Shown here: piece by piece, positions 56,401-64,000 of the stretch | Numbering within the stretch: position 1 is the stretch's first letter | Layout of the letters: every line of letters starts with the position of its first letter | Assembly: GCA_964057225.1 (NCBI GenBank) | Contig: OZ059896.1 | Location: forward strand, 23,436,001-23,500,000 | DNA length: 64,000 nucleotides | From: Auanema rhodensis | Taxonomy: Eukaryota; Animalia; Nematoda | Direction of reading: 5' to 3' | Program-made: the position numbers and the translations under genes | Notes under the pieces: model-generated | Databases searched by the model: none | Seen by the model: only the letters and a program-made list of their open reading frames with translations | What the model was told of the DNA's origin: nothing

Positions 56401-59400
56401 TAACTCGCTTCACGTGAAAGATAAAGAGATGCAGTTTTTAAAATTAGATTCCCCATGTCCATATTAGTCTAAAAACAAATTTTTATTGATATTGCTTCAT
56501 GGTAACCATGACTTTGAAATTTACGTGAACTTTAATTTATGCTAATTAAATGTACACGTGATGTGCACTTGGTATGTAACTCGCTTCACGTGAAAGATAA
56601 AGAGATGCGGTTTTCAAAATTAGATTCCCCATGTCCATATTAGTCTAAAAACAAATTTTTATTGATATTGGTTCATGGTAACCATGACTTTGAAATTTAC
56701 GTGAACTTTAATTTATGCTAATTAAATGTACACGTGATGTGCACTTGGTATGTAACTCGCTTCACGTGAAAGATAAAGAGATGCGGTTTTCAAAATTAGA
56801 TTCCCCATGTCCATATTAGTCTAAAAACAAATTTTTATTGATATTGCTTCATGGTAACCATGACTTTGAAATTTACGTGAACTTTAATTTATGCTAATTA
56901 AATGTACACGTGATGTGCACTTGGTATGTAACTCGCTTCACGTGAAAGATAAAGAGATGCGGTTTTCAAAATTAGATTCCCCATGTCCATATTAGTCTAA
57001 AAACAAATTTTTATTGATATTGGTTCATGGTAACCATGACTTTGAAATTTACGTGAACTTTAATTTATGCTAATTAAATGTACACGTGATGTGCACTTGG
57101 TATATAACTCGCTTCACGTGAAAGATAAAGAGATGCGGTTTTTAAAATTAGATTCCCCATGTCCATATTAGTCTAAAAACAAATTTTTATTGATATTGCT
57201 TTATGGTAACCATGACTTTGAAATTTACGTGAACTTTAATTTATGCTGATTAAATGTACACGTGATGTGCACTTGGTATGTAACTCGCTTCACGTGAAAG
57301 ATAAAGAGATGCGGTTTTCAAAATTAGATTCCCCATGTCCATATTAGTCTAAAAACAAATTTTTATTGATATTGGTTCATGGTAACCATGACTTTGAAAT
57401 TTACGTGAACTTTAATTTATGCTAATTAAATGTACACGTGATGTGCACTTGGTATGTAACTCGCTTCACGTGAAAGATAAAGAGATGCGGTTTTCAAAAT
57501 TAGATTCCCCATGTCCATATTAGTCTAAAAACAAATTTTTATTGATATTGCTTCATGGTAACCATGACTTTGAAATTTACGTGAACTTTAATTTATGCTG
57601 ATTAAATGTACACGTGATGTGCACTTGGTATGTAACTCGCTTCACGTGAAAGATAAAGAGATGCGGTTTTCAAAATTAGATTCCCCATGTCCATATTAGT
57701 CTAAAAACAAATTTTTATTGATATTGGTTCATGGTAACCATGACTTTGAAATTTACGTGAACTTTAATTTATGCTAATTAAATGTACACGTGATGTGCAC
57801 TTGGTATGTAACTCGCTTCACGTGAAAGATAAAGAGATGCGGTTTTCAAAATTAGATTCCCCATGTCCATATTAGTCTAAAAACAAATTTTTATTGATAT
57901 TGGTGCATGGTAACCATAACTTTGAAATTTACGTGAACTTTAATTTATGCTAATTAAATGTACACGTGATGTGCACTTGGTATGTAACTCGCTTCACGTG
58001 AAAGATAAAGAGATGCGGTTTTCAAAATTAGATTCCCCATGTCCATATTAGTCTAAAAACAAATTTTTATTGATATTGGTTCATGGTAACCATGACTTTG
58101 AAATTTACGTGAACTTTAATTTATGCTAATTAAATGTACACGTGATGTGCACTTGGTATGTAACTCGCTTCACGTGAAAGATAAAGAGATGCGGTTTTCA
58201 AAATTAGATTCCCCATGTCCATATTAGTCTAAAAACAAATTTTTATTGATATTGGTGCATGGTAACCATGACTTTGAAATTTACGTGAACTTTAATTTAT
58301 GCTAATTAAATGTACACGTGATGTGCACTTGGTATGTAACTCGCTTCACGTGAAAGATAAAGAGATGCGGTTTTCAAAATTAGATTCCCCATGTCCATAT
58401 TAGTCTAAAAACAAATTTTTATTGATATTGCTTCATGGTAACCATGACTTTGAAATTTACGTGAACTTTAATTTATGCTAATTAAATGTACACGTGATGT
58501 GCACTTGGTATGTAACTCGCTTCACGTGAAAGATAAAGAGATGCGGTTTTCAAAATTAGATTCCCCATGTCCATATTAGTCTAAAAACAAATTTTTATTG
58601 ATATTGGTTCATGGTAACCATGACTTTGAAATTTACGTGAACTTTAATTTATGCTAATTAAATGTACACGTGATGTGCACTTGGTATGTAACTCGCTTCA
58701 CGTGAAAGATAAAGAGATGCGGTTCTCAAAATTAGATTCCCCATGTCCATATTAGTCTAAAAACAAATTTTTATTGATATTGGTGCATGGTAACCATGAC
58801 TTTGAAATTTACGTGAACTTTAATTTATGCTAATTAAATGTACACGTGATGTGCACTTGGTATGTAACTCGCTTCACGTGAAAGATAAAGAGATGCGGTT
58901 CTCAAAATTAGATTCCCCATGTCCATATTAGTCTAAAAACAAATTTTTATTGATATTGGTGCATGGTAACCATGACTTTGAAATTTACGTGAACTTTAAT
59001 TTATGCTAATTAAATGTACACGTGATGTGCACTTGGTATGTAACTCGCTTCACGTGAAAGATAAAGAGATGCGGTTTTCAAAATTAGATTCCCCATGTCC
59101 ATATTAGTCTAAAAACAAATTTTTATTGATATTGGTTCATGGTAACCATGACTTTGAAATTTACGTGAACTTTAATTTATGCTAATTAAATGTACACGTG
59201 ATGTGCACTTGGTATGTAACTCGCTTCACGTGAAAGATAAAGAGATGCGGTTTTCAAAATTAGATTCCCCATGTCCATATTAGTCTAAAAACAAATTTTT
59301 ATTGATATTGGTGCATGGTAACCATGACTTTGAAATTTACGTGAACTTTAATTTATGCTAATTAAATGTACACGTGATGTGCACTTGGTATGTAACTCGC

Positions 59401-62400
59401 TTCACGTGAAAGATAAAGAGATGCGGTTTTCAAAATTAGATTCCCCATGTCCATATTAGTCTAAAAACAAATTTTTATTGATATTGGTTCATGGTAACCA
59501 TGACTTTGAAATTTACGTGAACTTTAATTTATGCTAATTAAATGTACACGTGATGTGCACTTGGTATGTAACTCGCTTCACGTGAAAGATAAAGAGATGC
59601 GGTTTTCAAAATTAGATTCCCCATGTCCATATTAGTCTAAAAACAAATTTTTATTGATATTGGTGCATGGTAACCATGACTTTGAATTTTACGTGAACTT
59701 TAATTTATGCTAATTAAATGTACACGTGATGTGCACTTGGTATGTAACTCGCTTCACGTGAAAGATAAAGAGATGCGATTTTCAAAATTAGATTCCCCAT
59801 GTCCATATTAGTCTAAAAACGAATTTTTATTGATATTGGTTCATGGTAACCATGACTTTGAAATTTACGTGAACTTTAATTTATGCTAATTAAATGTACA
59901 CGTGATGTGCACTTGGTATGTAACTCGCTTCACGTGAAAGATAAAGAGATGCGGTTTTTAAAATTAGATTCCCCATGTCCATATTAGTCTAAAAACAAAT
60001 TTTTATTGATATTGCTTCATGGTAACCATGACTTTGAAATTTACGTGAACTTTAATTTATGCTAATTAAATGTACACGTGATGTGCACTTGGTATGTAAC
60101 TCGCTTCACGTGAAAGATAAAGAGATGCGGTTTTCAAAATTAGATTCCCCATGTCCATATTAGTCTAAAAACAAATTTTTATTGATATTGGTTCATGGTA
60201 ACCATGACTTTGAAATTTACGTGAACTTTAATTTATGCTAATTAAATGTACACGTGATGTGCACTTGGTATGTAACTCGCTTCACGTGAAAGATAAAGAG
60301 ATGCGGTTTTCAAAATTAGATTCCCCATGTCCATATTAGTCTAAAAACAAATTTTTATTGATATTGGTTCATGGTAACCATGACTTTGAAATTTACGTGA
60401 ACTTTAATTTATGCTAATTAAATGTACACGTGATGTGCACTTGGTATGTAACTCGCTTCACGTGAAAGATAAAGAGATGCCGTTTTCAAAATTAGATTCC
60501 CCATGTCCATATTAGTCTAAAAACAAATTTTTATTGATATTGGTTCATGGTAACCATGACTTTGAAATTTACGTGAACTTTAATTTATGCTAATTAAATG
60601 TACACGTGATGTGCACTTGGTATGTAACTCGCTTCACGTGAAAGATAAAGAGATGCGGTTTTCAAAATTAGATTCCCCATGTCCATATTAGTCTAAAAAC
60701 AAATTTTTATTGATATTGCTTCATGGTAACCATGACTTTGAAATTTACGTGAACTTTAATTTATGCTGATTAAATGTACACGTGATGTGCACTTGGTATG
60801 TAACTCGCTTCACGTGAAAGATAAAGAGATGCGGTTTTCAAAATTAGATTCCCCATGTCCATATTAGTCTAAAAACAAATTTTTATTGATATTGGTTCAT
60901 GGTAACCATGACTTTGAAATTTACGTGAACTTTAATTTATGCTAATTAAATGTACACGTGATGTGCACTTGGTATGTAACTCGCTTCACGTGAAAGATAA
61001 AGAGATGCGGTTTTCAAAATTAGATTCCCCATGTCCATATTAGTCTAAAAACAAATTTTTATTGATATTGGTGCATGGTAACCATAACTTTGAAATTTAC
61101 GTGAACTTTAATTTATGCTAATTAAATGTACACGTGATGTGCACTTGGTATGTAACTCGCTTCACGTGAAAGATAAAGAGATGCAATTTTCAAAATTAGA
61201 TTCCCCATGTCCATATTAGTCTAAAAACGAATTTTTATTGATATTGGTTCATGGTAACCATGACTTTGAAATTTACGTGAACTTTAATTTATGCTAATTA
61301 AATGTACACGTGATGTGCACTTGGTATGTAACTCGCTTCACGTGAAAGATAAAGAGATGCAGTTTTTAAAATTAGATTCCCCATGTCCATATTAGTCTAA
61401 AAACAAATTTTTATTGATATTGCTTCATGGTAACCATGACTTTGAAATTTACGTGAACTTTAATTTATGCTAATTAAATGTACACGTGATGTGCACTTGG
61501 TATGTAACTCGCTTCACGTGAAAGATAAAGAGATGCGGTTTTCAAAATTAGATTCCCCATGTCCATATTAGTCTAAAAACAAATTTTTATTGATATTGGT
61601 TCATGGTAACCATGACTTTGAAATTTACGTGAACTTTAATTTATGCTAATTAAATGTACACGTGATGTGCACTTGGTATGTAACTCGCTTCACGTGAAAG
61701 ATAAAGAGATGCGGTTTTCAAAATTAGATTCCCCATGTCCATATTAGTCTAAAAACAAATTTTTATTGATATTGCTTCATGGTAACCATGACTTTGAAAT
61801 TTACGTGAACTTTAATTTATGCTAATTAAATGTACACGTGATGTGCACTTGGTATGTAACTCGCTTCACGTGAAAGATAAAGAGATGCGGTTTTCAAAAT
61901 TAGATTCCCCATGTCCATATTAGTCTAAAAACAAATTTTTATTGATATTGGTTCATGGTAACCATGACTTTGAAATTTACGTGAACTTTAATTTATGCTA
62001 ATTAAATGTACACGTGATGTGCACTTGGTATATAACTCGCTTCACGTGAAAGATAAAGAGATGCGGTTTTTAAAATTAGATTCCCCATGTCCATATTAGT
62101 CTAAAAACAAATTTTTATTGATATTGCTTTATGGTAACCATGACTTTGAAATTTACGTGAACTTTAATTTATGCTGATTAAATGTACACGTGATGTGCAC
62201 TTGGTATGTAACTCGCTTCACGTGAAAGATAAAGAGATGCGGTTTTCAAAATTAGATTCCCCATGTCCATATTAGTCTAAAAACAAATTTTTATTGATAT
62301 TGGTTCATGGTAACCATGACTTTGAAATTTACGTGAACTTTAATTTATGCTAATTAAATGTACACGTGATGTGCACTTGGTATGTAACTCGCTTCACGTG

Positions 62401-62900
62401 AAAGATAAAGAGATGCGGTTTTCAAAATTAGATTCCCCATGTCCATATTAGTCTAAAAACAAATTTTTATTGATATTGCTTCATGGTAACCATGACTTTG
62501 AAATTTACGTGAACTTTAATTTATGCTGATTAAATGTACACGTGATGTGCACTTGGTATGTAACTCGCTTCACGTGAAAGATAAAGAGATGCGGTTTTCA
62601 AAATTAGATTCCCCATGTCCATATTAGTCTAAAAACAAATTTTTATTGATATTGGTTCATGGTAACCATGACTTTGAAATTTACGTGAACTTTAATTTAT
62701 GCTAATTAAATGTACACGTGATGTGCACTTGGTATGTAACTCGCTTCACGTGAAAGATAAAGAGATGCGGTTTTCAAAATTAGATTCCCCATGTCCATAT
62801 TAGTCTAAAAACAAATTTTTATTGATATTGGTGCATGGTAACCATAACTTTGAAATTTACGTGAACTTTAATTTATGCTAATTAAATGTACACGTGATGT
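53500..62900. repeat. 28-monomer (4928 bp) higher-order duplication with a nested 10-monomer unit
   Basis: T116C at 53797/58725, G112C at 55553/60481 and G79A at 57104/62032 (all offset 4928). G13A at 56158/57918 and 61086/62846 (offset 1760). Confidence 0.85.
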
Positions 62901-64000
62901 GCACTTGGTATGTAACTCGCTTCACGTGAAAGATAAAGAGATGCGATTTTCAAAATTAGATTCCCCATGTCCATATTAGTCTAAAAACGAATTTTTATTG
63001 ATATTGGTTCATGGTAACCATGACTTTGAAATTTACGTGAACTTTAATTTATGCTAATTAAATGTACACGTGATGTGCACTTGGTATGTAACTCGCTTCA
63101 CGTGAAAGATAAAGAGATGCAGTTTTTAAAATTAGATTCCCCATGTCCATATTAGTCTAAAAACAAATTTTTATTGATATTGCTTCATGGTAACCATGAC
63201 TTTGAAATTTACGTGAACTTTAATTTATGCTAATTAAATGTACACGTGATGTGCACTTGGTATGTAACTCGCTTCACGTGAAAGATAAAGAGATGCGGTT
63301 TTCAAAATTAGATTCCCCATGTCCATATTAGTCTAAAAACAAATTTTTATTGATATTGGTTCATGGTAACCATGACTTTGAAATTTACGTGAACTTTAAT
63401 TTATGCTAATTAAATGTACACGTGATGTGCACTTGGTATGTAACTCGCTTCACGTGAAAGATAAAGAGATGCGGTTTTCAAAATTAGATTCCCCATGTCC
63501 ATATTAGTCTAAAAACAAATTTTTATTGATATTGGTGCATGGTAACCATGACTTTGAAATTTACGTGAACTTTAATTTATGCTAATTAAATGTACACGTG
63601 ATGTGCACTTGGTATGTAACTCGCTTCACGTGAAAGATAAAGAGATGCGGTTTTCAAAATTAGATTCCCCATGTCCATATTAGTCTAAAAACAAATTTTT
63701 ATTGATATTGGTTCATGGTAACCATGACTTTGAAATTTACGTGAACTTTAATTTATGCTAATTAAATGTACACGTGATGTGCACTTGGTATGTAACTCGC
63801 TTCACGTGAAAGATAAAGAGATGCGGTTTTTAAAATTAGATTCCCCATGTCCATATTAGTCTAAAAACAAATTTTTATTGATATTGCTTCATGGTAACCA
63901 TGACTTTGAAATTTACGTGAACTTTAATTTATGCTGATTAAATGTACACGTGATGTGCACTTGGTATGTAACTCGCTTCACGTGAAAGATAAAGAGATGC

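Larger units (their letters stand above)
1..64000. repeat. 176-bp tandem satellite DNA array (~363.6 copies, one orientation), probably centromeric or pericentromeric; runs off both window edges
   Basis: CATGGTAACCATG recurs at 1, 177, 353, 881, 2641 ... (period 176) and at 14610 ... 63890 after a 1-bp insertion. No non-repeat sequence and no inversion seen. The centromeric role is inferred only from monomer size and homogeneity. Confidence 0.98.

Noticed and set aside
1-64000. CRISPR array or repeat-spacer system
   Set aside because: Sequence between the palindromes is the same in every unit. There are no unique spacers, leader or cas genes.
1-64000. Protein-coding repeat ORF
   Set aside because: Each monomer has stop codons in all six frames (plus strand e.g. 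m6 TAA, m29 TGA, m46 TAA; minus strand TTA at m24, m35, m40), and 176 is not a multiple of 3.
1-64000. Rolling-circle or sequencing concatemer artefact
   Set aside because: Variants are shared between copies in hierarchical, position-dependent patterns, as expected from real array evolution rather than random error on one template.

Overview
The whole 64 kb window is one uninterrupted, head-to-tail, single-orientation satellite array. It has a 176-bp AT-rich monomer (~31-32% GC): 363 full copies plus a 111-bp partial copy. Monomer starts fall at 1+176k up to 14433 and at 2+176k from 14610. The only indel I found is a 1-bp C insertion at ~14581. Consensus, with monomer positions (m) numbered from window base 1: CATGGTAACCATG[A/T]CTTTGAAATTTACGTGAACTTTAATTTATGCTAATTAAATGTACACGTGATGTGCACTTGGTATGTAACTCGCTTCACGTGAAAGATAAAGAGATGCGGTTTTCAAAATTAGATTCCCCATGTCCATATTAGTCTAAAAACAAATTTTTATT[A/G]ATATTGGTT. 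Copies typically differ from consensus at 0-4 positions. I found no genes, RNA genes, transposons or CRISPR spacers. The nucleosome-sized monomer, very high homogeneity and local higher-order duplications fit a eukaryotic centromeric or pericentromeric satellite (inference). I do not recognise the family or organism. The interesting signal is in the variants and the monomer design: (1) two junction haplotypes form spatial domains; (2) nested higher-order duplications of 2, 8, 9, 10, 13, 14, 27, 28 and 30 monomers occur; (3) two always-linked double substitutions look like single templated events, one perfecting an 11-bp direct repeat and one perfecting an 8-bp inverted repeat; (4) the monomer carries several dyads and three ACGTGA motifs spaced 32-33 bp apart. 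All variant calls were read by eye, so some singletons may have been missed.
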